A DNA stretch of 64,000 nucleotides from Candidatus Desulfaltia sp. Its GTDB lineage: Bacteria; Desulfobacterota; Desulfobacteria; Desulfobacterales; ETH-SRB1. Within the stretch, counting starts at the first letter, position 1. Each line of letters starts with the position of its first letter. The stretch is from the NCBI GenBank assembly GCA_030656555.1, contig JAUSPN010000049.1, positions 36,625 to 100,624 of the forward strand, given 5' to 3'. This document shows, in pieces, positions 49,048-59,583 of this stretch. Under the pieces are notes generated by a model. It was not told where the DNA came from, searched no databases, and worked only from the letters and a program-made list of their open reading frames with translations. The position numbers were made by a program, and so were the translations under genes.

Positions 49048-49988
49048 ACTGTATATTTTTCGCCTCTGTCTTTCATTGCTGCAGCAGAAAACATCAACTG
49101 TCTGGCAGCTTCGATTTCCGTGGCCATATCCGCAATCATCCATCGCAGCCCCTGGAATTTGGAAATCGGCTGGCCGAACTGCTCCCTTTCTTTTGAATAT
49201 TGCACCGCTGCATCTAAAGCAGCCTGGGCTACTCCGACAGACTGGGCGGCAATTCCTATGCGTCCGCCGTCAATGCCTGTCATGGCTATCCTAAAACCCT
49301 CTCCTTCTTTACCAAGCATGTCTTTAACGGGTACGCGGCAATCTTCAAATATAAGATCTGTTGTATCAGAGGCGCACAGCCCCATTTTGTTTTCCGTTTT
49401 GCCGACTATTAACCCTGGGGTTTCCTTTTTTACCAGAAATGCGCTTATACCCTTGTGCTGTTTACTTGCATCGGTAACCGCCGTAACAATAACAACTCCG
49501 GAATTCTTGCCGGAAGTAATAAAACGTTTTGTCCCGTTTAAAATATAAAAATCACCGTCACGCACGGCATTGGTTTTCTGGCTGACAGGATCGGAACCTG
49601 CATTTGGTTCGGTAAGGGCAAAGGCGCCTATGATTATACCGGCTGCAAGCGGTTTTAAAAATCTTTCTTTCTGGTCTTTGGTTCCGGATTTATATATGCT
49701 TTCACAGACAATGGAGTTTTGCACAGACATCACAACCGCTGTTGATGCGCATGAATAGGCTATTTCTGAAAGGGCCAGCACATAAGCCACGGTGTCTGTG
49801 CCTGCACCGTTATACTCGGGAGGTATCATCATTCCCATGAGTCCCAGCTCTCCCATCTGCTTCAGGTTTTCAGCAGGAAACTCTTTGGTCTGATCACGCT
49901 TCATAGCTGTGGGGCTTACAACATTTCTTGAAAAGTCCCTGACCATAGCCTGGATCATTAGTTGATCTTCAGTAAGTTGAAATGACAT
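48834..49988 (-). CDS. Acyl-CoA dehydrogenase (butyryl-CoA dehydrogenase-like)
   Basis: [45 protein letters not shown]. Confidence 0.95.
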   Translation of the reverse strand: MSFQLTEDQLMIQAMVRDFSRNVVSPTAMKRDQTKEFPAENLKQMGELGLMGMMIPPEYNGAGTDTVAYVLALSEIAYSCASTAVVMSVQNSIVCESIYKSGTKDQKERFLKPLAAGIIIGAFALTEPNAGSDPVSQKTNAVRDGDFYILNGTKRFITSGKNSGVVIVTAVTDASKQHKGISAFLVKKETPGLIVGKTENKMGLCASDTTDLIFEDCRVPVKDMLGKEGEGFRIAMTGIDGGRIGIAAQSVGVAQAALDAAVQYSKEREQFGQPISKFQGLRWMIADMATEIEAARQLMFSAAAMKDRGEKYTVQASMAKLFASEMVNRVTAKALQIHGGYGYIKEYPVERFFRDARVFTIYEGTSEIQRIVISNHILKDKRRP

Positions 49989-50075
49989 GGAATTTTCGCC
50001 TTTCCCCGCTCAAGGTCCGGGACATTGGACTTTCCGTTCATCAAAATTAATAATCTCGTAACACCTATTTTATAT

Positions 50076-50280
50076 TCACCGCAGAGCCGCAGAGGACGCA
50101 AAGAAGTTTATTTTTTTTAAATTGTCGTGAGAGGCGACAATTTAAAAGCTAAGCTGTCTGATATAAATGCAATATATCCTCGATATGACAATTTTACTAA
50201 TGAGTTTCTTTTTGTTTTCCGTCCTCTCAACGGAAAACAAAAAACTTTTCATCTTTGCGTTCTTTGCGTCTCGGCGGTGA
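50076..50280. repeat. ~200-bp element with inverted 9-mer repeat arms
   Basis: TCACCGCAGAGCCGCAGAGGACGCAAAGA...TCTTTGCGTTCTTTGCGTCTCGGCGGTGA. Confidence 0.65.
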
Positions 50281-50345
50281 GATATATTTTTCTTGTTTAT
50301 CCTGCTTGCCCGCCTATCTCTGGAGGGTTATCCCGTCAGGTCTTT

Positions 50346-50897
50346 TTATTGCCCGTAGATAACAACTATAAGTTCCGCATCTTTCTTCCCGATATTTCTT
50401 AACATATGTTTTATCCCGGAATTAAAATGAAGGGAATCATTTTTGCTTAGCGTGTTGACATTATCTCCGACTATAACTTCGATTTTACCCGACAGCACAT
50501 AAACAAACTCTTCTCCCTCATGCTGATATTCCACTCCCTTATGATTCTGCATTGCGTCAATAATAACCCGAAAAGCTTTCAGGTGCTTATTTTCAGCGCC
50601 TGGTGTCAGGGTCGTATAAGCATAATTATCCGTTCGTTTGCTATATGCCTTTATCCGTTTCTTTAATTTATCTTCCTGCTCCTTTAATAAAAGCCCTGAA
50701 TCGATTTGTAAAGTTCGTGCGATCCGCAGAATAGTGCCGACAGGAGGAATCACCTTGCCGGCTTCCAGCTTTTTGAGGTAATCGACGGAACATCCGGTTT
50801 CATTGGCAACAAAATCAAGGGTAATCTTTTTTGCCGTCCGGGCCTTCTTTATTTTTTCCCCTATCGGAATAACCGTATCAGCCTTTTTTATTGGCAT
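50346..50897 (-). CDS. XRE-family regulator with cupin domain
   Basis: N-terminal HTH; HEGEEFVYVLSG..DSLHFNS..H. Confidence 0.9.
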   Translation of the reverse strand: MPIKKADTVIPIGEKIKKARTAKKITLDFVANETGCSVDYLKKLEAGKVIPPVGTILRIARTLQIDSGLLLKEQEDKLKKRIKAYSKRTDNYAYTTLTPGAENKHLKAFRVIIDAMQNHKGVEYQHEGEEFVYVLSGKIEVIVGDNVNTLSKNDSLHFNSGIKHMLRNIGKKDAELIVVIYGQ

Positions 50898-50906
50898 AAT
50901 ATCTCC

Positions 50907-51758
50907 TTATTTATATTCGTAGAACCCGCGTCCTGTTTTTCTGCCAAGCCATCCGGCCTCAACATATTTTCTGAGCAGCGGGCAGGGACGGTACTTTGAA
51001 TCTTTAAATCCATTATAAAGTGTTTCCATTATGGCAAGACATGTATCCAGCCCAATAAGATCAGCCAGAGCCAGGGGCCCCATTGGATGATTCATCCCAA
51101 GTTTCATTACAGTGTCAATATCCTCCCTGGTTCCAACTCCATGATATATACAGAAAACAGCTTCGTTAATCATCGGCATGAGGATTCTATTGGCAATAAA
51201 ACCCGGATAATCGTTTGACTCGGCTTGTGTTTTGCCGAATTTTTCAGCCAGATCCCAGGTTGTTTTAAATGTTTCTTCAGAAGTCGCCAGCCCACGTATG
51301 ATTTCAACCAGCTTCATAATCGGCACAGGATTCATAAAATGCATGCCTATTATTTTCTCCGGCCGTTTTGTCTGCGCCGCAATCCGGCCTATGGGAATGG
51401 AGGAGGTGTTAGTTGCTAATATAACATCAGGCGCACAGATTTTATCCAGATTTTGAAAAATCTGAAACTTAAGCAATTCATTTTCAGTGGCAGCCTCAAC
51501 AACAAAGTCGGCCGTTTCCATTTCCTTTAACTCAACGCAGGTCTTGATACGTCCTAAAACAGCTTCCTTCTCATCGGCGGTCATTCGCCCCTTGTCAACA
51601 TTCCGGCTTAAAATTTTTTTAATAGTCGCAAGCCCGCGATCAATAAATTCTGTTTTAATGTCATTCATAATAACATTAAAACCATTCATCGCCGCAACCT
51701 GAGCAATGCCGCCACCCATTTGACCCGCGCCTATAACGCCGATAGTTTTAATATTCAT
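50907..51758 (-). CDS. hbd: 3-hydroxybutyryl-CoA dehydrogenase
   Basis: GAGQMGGGIA, TNTSS, GMHFMNP, NHPMGPL, GWLGRKTGRGFY. Confidence 0.95.
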   Translation of the reverse strand: MNIKTIGVIGAGQMGGGIAQVAAMNGFNVIMNDIKTEFIDRGLATIKKILSRNVDKGRMTADEKEAVLGRIKTCVELKEMETADFVVEAATENELLKFQIFQNLDKICAPDVILATNTSSIPIGRIAAQTKRPEKIIGMHFMNPVPIMKLVEIIRGLATSEETFKTTWDLAEKFGKTQAESNDYPGFIANRILMPMINEAVFCIYHGVGTREDIDTVMKLGMNHPMGPLALADLIGLDTCLAIMETLYNGFKDSKYRPCPLLRKYVEAGWLGRKTGRGFYEYK

Positions 51759-51774
51759 AACAGACTCCTTTGTC

Positions 51775-52042
51775 TGTAACCGTTTACGGTTGTCGGTTTA
51801 CAGTTCACGGTTTTTTTCAATGAACTATGCAACGATTTAAAACGGTTACCGGTTTACAGTTAACTGTTTACGGTTAACCGGTAACTGCAAATCGTAAACT
51901 GTTACCAATAATTTATAAAGACGTACTGATAACCCGCAAGATTTTTTCCAAACTTCTAAATCTTCAAAAGAGGACCCCATAATTCTTTTCTACCTTCTGT
52001 TTTTTTTAACCGTGAACCGATAACTGTAAACCGTGAACGGTT
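51775..52042. repeat. Heptamer tandem repeats (AACCGTG/TAAACCG-type) flanking a gene remnant
   Basis: GTTTACGGTTGTCGGTTTACAGTTCACGGTT ... AACCGTGAACCGATAACTGTAAACCGTGAACGGTT; also at 53355-53380. Confidence 0.7.
51846..51980 (-). pseudogene. N-terminal remnant of a four-helix-bundle (IVP/TIGR02436-like) protein
   Basis: MGSSFEDLEVWKKSCGLSVRLYKLL (FEDLEVW signature), then runs into the repeats. Confidence 0.7.
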
Positions 52043-52046
52043 ATTT

Positions 52047-53222
52047 TTATCTATTAACAATCATTGCTACGGCTTCTCCACCGCCAAGGCAGAGAGAAAC
52101 AAGCCCTGTGCTTTTATTCTGCTTTATCATTTCATGCAGCAGGGTTACAAGCAAGCGGCAGCCGCTTGCGCCGATGGGGTGACCCAATGCAACGCTGCCG
52201 CCATTTACATTGACAACGCCGGGATCAAGCTCAAGTTCGCGCAATATTGCCACAGTGGAACCGCTGAATGCTTCGTTTATTTCGTAAAGGTCAACATTGT
52301 TTTTATCAATGCCTTCTTTTTTCAGGCATTTTGGAATTGCCCATATGGGAGCCACCAGAACATATTTCATGTCAATACCAAAAGATGCCTGGGCGCCTAT
52401 TGTCGCAATTATTTCACATCCAAGCTCTTTTGCCCTGTCTTTTGACATTACAACAACTGCTGCTGCTCCGTCGCTTATAATCGATGCGTTTCCGGCTGTG
52501 CCGACACCATCTTTTTTAAAAGCGCCTTTCATCTTTGACAGCGATTCATAACCGGTTTCTCTGGGGCATTCATCCTGACTAAAAATGACGGGATCACCCT
52601 TTCGCTGTGGAATCTCCACAGGAACTATTTCATCTTTGAACCTGCCGGAATTTATAGCAGCAATGGCTCTTTGATACGACTGGGCAGCGTATCTATCCTG
52701 GTCTTCACGGCTGACATTATATTTTTCCGAACAAAGTTCATTTGAAATTCCCATATGAAAATCGTTCACAATATCCCAAAGACCGTCATGAACCATGTGA
52801 TCCTGTAGAATGCCGGGGCCCATGCGATACCCTGACCGGGCTTTTTCAAGATAATACGGAGCCATGCTCATGTTTTCCATCCCACCCGCGACCACAACAT
52901 CCGCATCTCCTGTCTGAATCGCCTGAGCCGCAAGCATTACAGCTTTTAAGGCCGAACCGCAGACCTTGTTGACTGTAAAACATTCCACTTCCCATGGCAT
53001 GCCTGCCTGAACCGCTGCCTGCCTGGCAGGATTCTGGCCGTAGCCGCATGGAAGCACCATCCCCATGATAACCTCATTAACTTCATCTTTTTTAATTCCA
53101 GCTCTTTTGACAGCCTCTTCAATAACAATAGTGCCGAGTTTTGTCGCTCCAATCTCCTTTAATGCGCCATTAAAGTTGCCCAACGGAGTGCGCGCAGCGC
53201 TTACAATGACTGCTTCTTTCAT
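52047..53222 (-). CDS. Acetyl-CoA C-acetyltransferase (thiolase)
   Basis: [23 protein letters not shown]. Confidence 0.95.
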   Translation of the reverse strand: MKEAVIVSAARTPLGNFNGALKEIGATKLGTIVIEEAVKRAGIKKDEVNEVIMGMVLPCGYGQNPARQAAVQAGMPWEVECFTVNKVCGSALKAVMLAAQAIQTGDADVVVAGGMENMSMAPYYLEKARSGYRMGPGILQDHMVHDGLWDIVNDFHMGISNELCSEKYNVSREDQDRYAAQSYQRAIAAINSGRFKDEIVPVEIPQRKGDPVIFSQDECPRETGYESLSKMKGAFKKDGVGTAGNASIISDGAAAVVVMSKDRAKELGCEIIATIGAQASFGIDMKYVLVAPIWAIPKCLKKEGIDKNNVDLYEINEAFSGSTVAILRELELDPGVVNVNGGSVALGHPIGASGCRLLVTLLHEMIKQNKSTGLVSLCLGGGEAVAMIVNR

Positions 53223-53287
53223 ATGTTTTTTCTCCTTTATTTGTAATAGTTCAGCACTAAGATACCAAAATTATGATAATTCTTGCC

Positions 53288-53353
53288 TAATTCCCATACT
53301 CCAGCGTTAAAACCCAGACGGTATGAATTCCCACGCTGGAGCATGGGAACGAG
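53288..53353. repeat. REP-like doublet
   Basis: TTCCCATACTCCAGCGT...TTCCCACGCTGGAGCATGGGAACGAG. Confidence 0.55.
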
Positions 53354-53386
53354 AAACCGTGAACCGTGAACCGCTCAACCCAGGTT

Positions 53387-56300
53387 TTACATGTTTCTTC
53401 TGTACTGCCCCCCGACATTATACAATGCCTGGGTTATCTGCCCAAGGCTGCATACCCTGGCAGCGTTCATCAGTTCATCAAAGATGTTCTCTCCGGACAG
53501 GGCTGTTTTTTGAAGACGTTTGAGCGCTGCCGGAGCCTTTTTGCTGTTTAGTTTTTTAAATCCCGCAAGACGCGCAAGCTGTGATTCCTTTTCCTGTTTA
53601 GTCGCCCTGGACAGCTCAACACACGAGGTTAATTCTTCCAGACCGGAATCCTTTTCCCGGAAGGTGTTAACACCGATTATGGGAAGTTCTCCGCTATGCT
53701 TCAACATTTCATAGTACATTGACTCGTCTTGAATTTTGCTTCGCTGGTAGCCTGTTTCCATTGCGCCAAGCACCCCTCCCCGCTTGGTAATACGGTCAAA
53801 CTCAGCAAGAACAGCATCTTCGACCAGTTTAGTCAGCTCTTCCACTATAAAGCTGCCCTGGTTAGTGTTTTCATTCCTGGACAGGCCCCATTCTCTATTG
53901 ATAATAAGCTGGATGGCAAGAGCCCGCCTGACCGACTCGCTGCTCGGGGTGGTAATTGCTTCATCAAATGCGTTAGTGTGAAGGCTGTTGCAGTTGTCGT
54001 AAACAGCGCAGAGAGCCTGGAGAGTTGTTCTGATATCGTTAAACTGAATATCCTGGCTGTGCAGGGATCGGCCTGATGTCTGGATGTGGTATTTCAGCAT
54101 CTGTGATCGTTCTGATGCGCCGTACTTTTCCCTCATGGCAATTGACCAAATCCGCCTTGCCACCCTGCCGATTACCGTATATTCGGGATCCATTCCGTTT
54201 GAAAAAAAGAATGACAGGTTTGGCGCAAAGCTGTCAATCGGCATCCCTCTGGACAGGTAATACTCAACATATGTAAACCCGTTGGCAAGCGTTAACGCAA
54301 GCTGTGTGACAGGGTTTGAACCTGCCTCTGCAATATGATAGCCGGATATGGAAACAGAGTAGAAGTTTTTAACATTGTTTTTTATAAAGAATTCCTGGAT
54401 ATCTCCCATCATCTTCAGGGCAAACTCTATGGACAATATGCAGGTGTTCTGGCCCTGGTCTTCCTTTAAAATATCGGCCTGTACTGTTCCGCGGATGCAG
54501 GACAACACATCAACGCGAATTTTGTCCACTTGCTTCTTTGTCGGGTCCCCCCTTTTTTCAGCTTTAAACTTATCGACCTGCTGGTCTATGGCTGCATTTA
54601 AAAACATGGCGAGAATAATTGGAGCAGGCCCGTTAATAGTCATTGAAACAGATGTGTTCGGCGCGCACAGATCAAAACCTTTATAAAGTGTTTTTACATC
54701 GTCCAGGGTGCAGATGCTTACGCCGGAATTGCCTACTTTGCCATAAATATCAGGGCGCCTGTCAGGATCGTATCCGTATAATGTGACGGAATCAAAGGCG
54801 GTTGACAAACGCTTTGCTTTATAGTCGGCAGACAAAAGCTTGAATCTGGTGTTAGTCTTGGCTGGGTCGCCTTCTCCGGCAAACATGCGTGTCGGTTCTT
54901 CGTCTGTCCGCTTAAGAGGGAATACGCCGGCGGTATATGGGAAATGGCCCGGCACATTTTCTTCTCTGAGCCACGAGTATATTTCTCCGGGATCTTTGAA
55001 CTTCGGCAGGGCAATTTTAGGTATCTTTGTATGGGCTAAAGAATCAAAAAACAGGGGAACCCTGAACTCATGGTTACGGACATGATATACAAATTCATCT
55101 TTGCCGTAAGTTTTTTTTATGTTTTCCCATTCGTTCATGTGTTTTACCGTGTCTTTGTCCAGCCCTTTTTTAGCTTTTGCAATTTCTTTCTTAAGGCGGG
55201 AAACCAGCTTTGAAGTTTCCTGATCCTGCGTATCGGCAGATATCTTCTTTGATGTTTCTTCCAGATGCCAGACCTTTCTCAAAGTATCTGCCTGCTCAAT
55301 TGTTTTACGTTGATACATTCTGACAGTATCGGCGATTTCCGATAGATAGCGTGTGTGCTCGGTCGGTATAATAATAGTTTTGGAGCTTGATGTTTTTGTT
55401 TCGGGTTTCTTGAGACCGGAATTGAATTTTATGCCGGTTTTGTCGGCTATTGTTTTAAGAATTGAACAATAAAGAGCTGTGACTCCATCATCATTGAACC
55501 TTGAAGCTATTGTTCCGAAGACAGGCATATCTTCGGGCAATTTATCCCATGCATTCTGATTACGCTGTATCTGCTTTCGAACGTCACGCACCGCATCTTC
55601 ACCGCCCATTTTTTCATATTTATTAACAACAACAAGATCGGCATAATCGAGCATATCAATTTTTTCTAACTGGGAAGCCGAGCCAAACTCACTGGTCATT
55701 ACATATATGGAGACATCGACAAGATCGGTAATTTTTGAATCCCCCTGCCCTATGCCCGCTGTTTCCACAATTATAAGGTCAAAACCGGCTGCTTTTACAA
55801 CATCTATGGCTTCGGGCAGGGCATCGGTGATTTCTGCGTTTGATCGGCGGGTGGCAAAGGAACGCATATAAACCCTTGGGTCGCTGATGGCGTTCATGCG
55901 TATTCTATCTCCTAAAAGGGCCCCTCCGGTTTTCCTGCGTGAAGGATCGCAGCTTAAAATCGCCACCCGTACTTTTGTCAGATCATGCAGAATGCGAATA
56001 ATCAGTTCGTCTGTCAGGGATGATTTTCCAGAACCGCCGGTTCCTGTAATGCCGATTACACATGTTTTGTGCTTGTCCACATTTTTTGCGAGCCATGATT
56101 TTAATCCGGTAAGCTGCGTGTTTCCCTGAGGTTTTGCCTGTTCAATGGATGTAATCAGGTTCGCGATCATTACTGCGTTGTCGGAAGACAGCTTGCTAAG
56201 GTCAAAGTTGTCTTTGACTATCGAAAAATCAACTTTTTTGACCATATGGTTAATCATACCCTGAAGCCCCATGGACGCCCCGTCCTCAGGAGAATATATT

Positions 56301-56662
56301 TTAGCAACACCATATGCCTCAAGCTCTCTGATCTCTTCCTGCACTATTACTCCGCCCCCGCCGCCAAAGATCTTGATATGCGAAGACTTTTTTTCCTTTA
56401 AGAGATCCACCATATATTTGAAGTATTCCACATGACCGCCCTGATAACTTGAAACGGCTATTCCCTGCACATCTTCCGCGATTGCGGCATCAACAACATC
56501 ACCGGCCGACCTGTTATGTCCGAGATGTATGACTTCAACGCCTGTGTTCTGAAGTATTCTGCGTATTATGTTTATTGATGCGTCATGACCATCAAAAAGC
56601 GCTGTGGCGGTTATCATCCTTATATTGTGTCTGGGCCTGTATGCTTTAACTTCAGCAATCAT
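53387..56662 (-). CDS. icmF: Fused isobutyryl-CoA mutase/MeaI GTPase
   Basis: N-terminal B12 domain ([10 protein letters not shown]), GTGGSGKSS GTPase, mutase [30 protein letters not shown]; 1091 aa. Confidence 0.95.
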   Translation of the reverse strand: MIAEVKAYRPRHNIRMITATALFDGHDASINIIRRILQNTGVEVIHLGHNRSAGDVVDAAIAEDVQGIAVSSYQGGHVEYFKYMVDLLKEKKSSHIKIFGGGGGVIVQEEIRELEAYGVAKIYSPEDGASMGLQGMINHMVKKVDFSIVKDNFDLSKLSSDNAVMIANLITSIEQAKPQGNTQLTGLKSWLAKNVDKHKTCVIGITGTGGSGKSSLTDELIIRILHDLTKVRVAILSCDPSRRKTGGALLGDRIRMNAISDPRVYMRSFATRRSNAEITDALPEAIDVVKAAGFDLIIVETAGIGQGDSKITDLVDVSIYVMTSEFGSASQLEKIDMLDYADLVVVNKYEKMGGEDAVRDVRKQIQRNQNAWDKLPEDMPVFGTIASRFNDDGVTALYCSILKTIADKTGIKFNSGLKKPETKTSSSKTIIIPTEHTRYLSEIADTVRMYQRKTIEQADTLRKVWHLEETSKKISADTQDQETSKLVSRLKKEIAKAKKGLDKDTVKHMNEWENIKKTYGKDEFVYHVRNHEFRVPLFFDSLAHTKIPKIALPKFKDPGEIYSWLREENVPGHFPYTAGVFPLKRTDEEPTRMFAGEGDPAKTNTRFKLLSADYKAKRLSTAFDSVTLYGYDPDRRPDIYGKVGNSGVSICTLDDVKTLYKGFDLCAPNTSVSMTINGPAPIILAMFLNAAIDQQVDKFKAEKRGDPTKKQVDKIRVDVLSCIRGTVQADILKEDQGQNTCILSIEFALKMMGDIQEFFIKNNVKNFYSVSISGYHIAEAGSNPVTQLALTLANGFTYVEYYLSRGMPIDSFAPNLSFFFSNGMDPEYTVIGRVARRIWSIAMREKYGASERSQMLKYHIQTSGRSLHSQDIQFNDIRTTLQALCAVYDNCNSLHTNAFDEAITTPSSESVRRALAIQLIINREWGLSRNENTNQGSFIVEELTKLVEDAVLAEFDRITKRGGVLGAMETGYQRSKIQDESMYYEMLKHSGELPIIGVNTFREKDSGLEELTSCVELSRATKQEKESQLARLAGFKKLNSKKAPAALKRLQKTALSGENIFDELMNAARVCSLGQITQALYNVGGQYRRNM

Positions 56663-57330
56663 GCTTCCTCCTGTGCCTGGATACAGGTTTTGTTTTTTTG
56701 CGTAAATAGTGCGAGGATAAATTTTGTTTGAAGCTCAATATAATCTTCAAGACTGTAGTGGTTTGCAAGAAACCAGCGCCGGAAAGTCCACATATGCCCT
56801 AAAACAGAGATATTGTGAGCGACAAGTTCGATTGAGTGTTCATCTATATACGGCAATTTTTTGGAAGAGATAAGGCTTCCTAATACTTTTATAAAAAGAC
56901 CGGTAATGCGGAGTTCGTTTTCAAGCACCTTTTTTTGCCACTGGGACGGTAGCGATCGTGTTTCCTGATATATAAGGAGGATAAAATCACTCATTCTGTG
57001 ACAAACCATGAAATATTCACGGATTACCTCTGCCAGAACATTTTTTCCTCCTGTAGTTCTATCCACAGCATCGGACATGCCGCGTTCAACCTCGGCATGT
57101 ATTGAATCGCATACAAGGTATAGAACATCCTCTTTGGAAGCTACATATTCATATAATGAGCCAATGGACAGCCCCGCAGCTTTGGCTATCTGTCTGGTAG
57201 TAGTTTTGTGAAAACCATTTTCAATAAAAAGTTGCACAGCTGCATCTATAATCAAGCGTCGCCGACGCCTGACAAGATCGGGATTTTTGATATGAGTTGG
57301 AATATCGTGTGATTTTTGTGAGTTAGGCAT
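56659..57330 (-). CDS. TetR/AcrR-family regulator
   Basis: [29 protein letters not shown]; ATGA overlap with icmF. Confidence 0.92.
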   Translation of the reverse strand: MPNSQKSHDIPTHIKNPDLVRRRRRLIIDAAVQLFIENGFHKTTTRQIAKAAGLSIGSLYEYVASKEDVLYLVCDSIHAEVERGMSDAVDRTTGGKNVLAEVIREYFMVCHRMSDFILLIYQETRSLPSQWQKKVLENELRITGLFIKVLGSLISSKKLPYIDEHSIELVAHNISVLGHMWTFRRWFLANHYSLEDYIELQTKFILALFTQKNKTCIQAQEEA

Positions 57331-57363
57331 GATAAAATTGTTTTTATTAACAGAACTCCTTTC

Positions 57364-57413
57364 TGAACGATCGCTCATTAATTTTAATACCATGCAGATG
57401 ATTTCTTTGTCAA
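57364..57413 (-). promoter_or_regulatory. Promoter with palindromic TetR operator
   Basis: Minus-strand TTGACA...TGGTATTAA, then TGAACGATCGCTCA (57364-57377; palindrome with 1 mismatch). Confidence 0.6.
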
Positions 57414-57530
57414 GATGTAAGCGTTTACAAGTTTCACCATTCACAACACACAGGACAAAACCGGAACAAAAAGCGCCCTCCAGGGGCTGCCCAAACTTTT
57501 ACTGGACATAATGCAAAAGCAAATTCTATT

Positions 57531-57731
57531 ATGGAAACAACAACTCCAAAAGAGAAGCATATATGGAAACAAAAACTCGCTTTTAAAGAAGATTATCCTG
57601 AGGCACAAGCCTGTTTGTTATACCGGGGCAAAGAACGCCTTAAAATAAAAAATATCTTGTGTTTGCCATGCGAAGAGTTTCTGATGAATCTGAAACCTGA
57701 TAAACCAATCGAGTTTGATCTGAAAACATGA
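57531..57731 (+). pseudogene. C-terminal fragment of an AAA/DUF4143 ATP-binding protein
   Basis: LAFKEDYPEAQACLLYRGKERLKIKNILCLPCEEFL. Confidence 0.55.
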
Positions 57732-57735
57732 ACTA

Positions 57736-57802
57736 AAAAAAGAACTTAGCTGTTCTATTCTTAAAAATACAAACTTATAAACTGAAGAGCATCCGGTAAG
57801 TC
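57736..57802 (+). repeat. 67-bp imperfect direct repeat, copy 1
   Basis: Colinear with 59584-59650; identical 19-bp core ATACAAACTTATAAACTGA. Confidence 0.75.
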
Positions 57803-57838
57803 ACCCTTCGGGGCAAGATTCAGCGAGGTTGTCAAAAC

Positions 57839-58897
57839 ATGAAAAAGGAAACGGGAAAACAGGTTGTAAAAACATACAACAAGTCTATTTCCGGCGATCT
57901 TATAGGTGATATCCGTTCGCTTATTGAAACCGCCAGGCATAATGTTGCCATTACAGTTAACGCCGGCCTGACCATTCTTTACTGGCAGATCGGCAACCGT
58001 ATCCGCCAGGATGTTTTAAAGGAAAAACGGGCGGAATACGGAAAAGAGATTGTCGTGACGCTGTCGCGACAATTAACCGATGATTATGGCAATAATTTTA
58101 ACGAAAAAAATCTTCGCAGGATGATTCAATTTGCTGAAGTCTTCCCAGATAAAGAAATTGTCGTGACACTGTCACGACAATTTAGTTGGAGCCACTTTGT
58201 CTCGATTCTACCGCTCAAAGACGATCTTCAACGCGATTTCTATGCTGAAATGTGCCGGATAGAACGCTGGAGTGTTCGGGTCTTGCGAAAGAAGATTGAT
58301 GGCATGCTTTATGAGCGCACCGCCATATCAAAAAAACCTGAGAAATTGGTAAAGGAGGAACTGGCCGTTTTGCGAGAGGAGGACAGGTTAACGCCGGACA
58401 TGGTTTTCAGGGATCCTTATTTTCTCGACTTTTTAGGGTTGAAAGATACTTATAGCGAAAAAGACCTTGAGTCTTCTATTCTACGGGAAATGGAGAGCTT
58501 TATCCTGGAGCTTGGAGTCGGCTTTTCATTTGTTGCCCGCCAAAAGAGGATCACAGTTGATGATGAGGATTACTATCTTGATCTGCTCTTTTTTCACCGC
58601 AAACTGAAACGGCTTGTTGCCATTGAATTAAAGCTTGGCAAGTTCAAGGCTGCTTACAAGGGCCAGATGGAACTCTATCTGCGCTGGCTTGAAAAACATG
58701 AAAAGGAACCTGGCGAAGAAACACCACTGGGATTAATTCTTTGCGCCGGAAAAACAAGTGAGCAGATAGAACTGTTACAATTAGATAAAAGTGGTATAAA
58801 AGTAGCTGAATACATGACCGAACTTCCGAAACGTGAACTGCTGGAACGAAAGCTTCACAAAGCAGTTGAACTGGCGCGGAAACGTCTGGAGGCATAA
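57839..58897 (+). CDS. YhcG/DUF1016 PD-(D/E)xK nuclease-domain protein
   Basis: LYWQIG, SWSH, RDPYFLDFLGL, DLLFFHRKLKRLVAIELK, GQMELYL. Confidence 0.92.
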   Translation: MKKETGKQVVKTYNKSISGDLIGDIRSLIETARHNVAITVNAGLTILYWQIGNRIRQDVLKEKRAEYGKEIVVTLSRQLTDDYGNNFNEKNLRRMIQFAEVFPDKEIVVTLSRQFSWSHFVSILPLKDDLQRDFYAEMCRIERWSVRVLRKKIDGMLYERTAISKKPEKLVKEELAVLREEDRLTPDMVFRDPYFLDFLGLKDTYSEKDLESSILREMESFILELGVGFSFVARQKRITVDDEDYYLDLLFFHRKLKRLVAIELKLGKFKAAYKGQMELYLRWLEKHEKEPGEETPLGLILCAGKTSEQIELLQLDKSGIKVAEYMTELPKRELLERKLHKAVELARKRLEA

Positions 58898-59445
58898 TGA
58901 AAAAGGATATTATAATGTCTAATGTTGTAACAATGGAAACAATTACCGGTAAAATATGTCTGATCCGTGGAATGAAGGTGCTGTTGGATGCTGATCTTGC
59001 CGAGCTTTATGGAGTTACTACCAAGGCTTTAAATCAGGCTGTTACCAGAAACGAACAGAGGTTTCCGCCGGATTTCATGTTCAGGCTGGCCAAAGAGGAA
59101 AAACAGGAACTGGTCACAAATTGTGACCGGTTAGACAGGCTGAAACATTCTTCAGCTTTACCGCGCGTCTTTACTGAACAAGGCGTGGCAATGCTGTCCA
59201 GTGTGTTAAGAAGCGAACGAGCCATTCATGTCAATATTCAGATAATGCGAGTTTTTACAAGGCTCAGACAAATGGTTCTTGACAATAAAGAACTCCGAAA
59301 AGAGTTCGAAAAGTTAAAACAAATAACTGATGAACGTTTTCAAATTGTGTTTGAGACCTTAGATCAATTAATAAAGAGTGAAAATAAGCCAAAGAAAAAA
59401 ATCGGCTTTACAGTAAAAGAAAAGCTAAGTTCATATGGCAATTGA
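58897..59445 (+). CDS. ORF6N domain protein
   Basis: VLLDADLAELYGV, RNEQRFPPDFMF, FTEQGVAMLSSVLRS, KIGF. Confidence 0.92.
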   Translation: MKKDIIMSNVVTMETITGKICLIRGMKVLLDADLAELYGVTTKALNQAVTRNEQRFPPDFMFRLAKEEKQELVTNCDRLDRLKHSSALPRVFTEQGVAMLSSVLRSERAIHVNIQIMRVFTRLRQMVLDNKELRKEFEKLKQITDERFQIVFETLDQLIKSENKPKKKIGFTVKEKLSSYGN

Positions 59446-59560
59446 ACTGAACAGCGAGCGCATTCCCCGCTGCTTGCGGCGGGGTTAGCAAGTGGATCAA
59501 AAAATTGACAGAATTCCTTACAGTCGAAGATTCCCCGTTGCTTGCGGCGGGGAGATTCAA
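59440..59560 (+). repeat. Dispersed MITE-like repeat, copy 3, with two CCCCG..CTTGCGGCGGGG hairpins
   Basis: AATTGAA...TTCCTTACAGTCGAAGATTCCCCGTTGCTTGCGGCGGGGAGATTCAA. Confidence 0.7.
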
Positions 59561-59583
59561 AAATAAGATAGTTTGGTCGGTAC

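Noticed and set aside
51775-52042. CRISPR array
   Set aside because: Degenerate 7-mers without unique spacers; no cas genes in the window.
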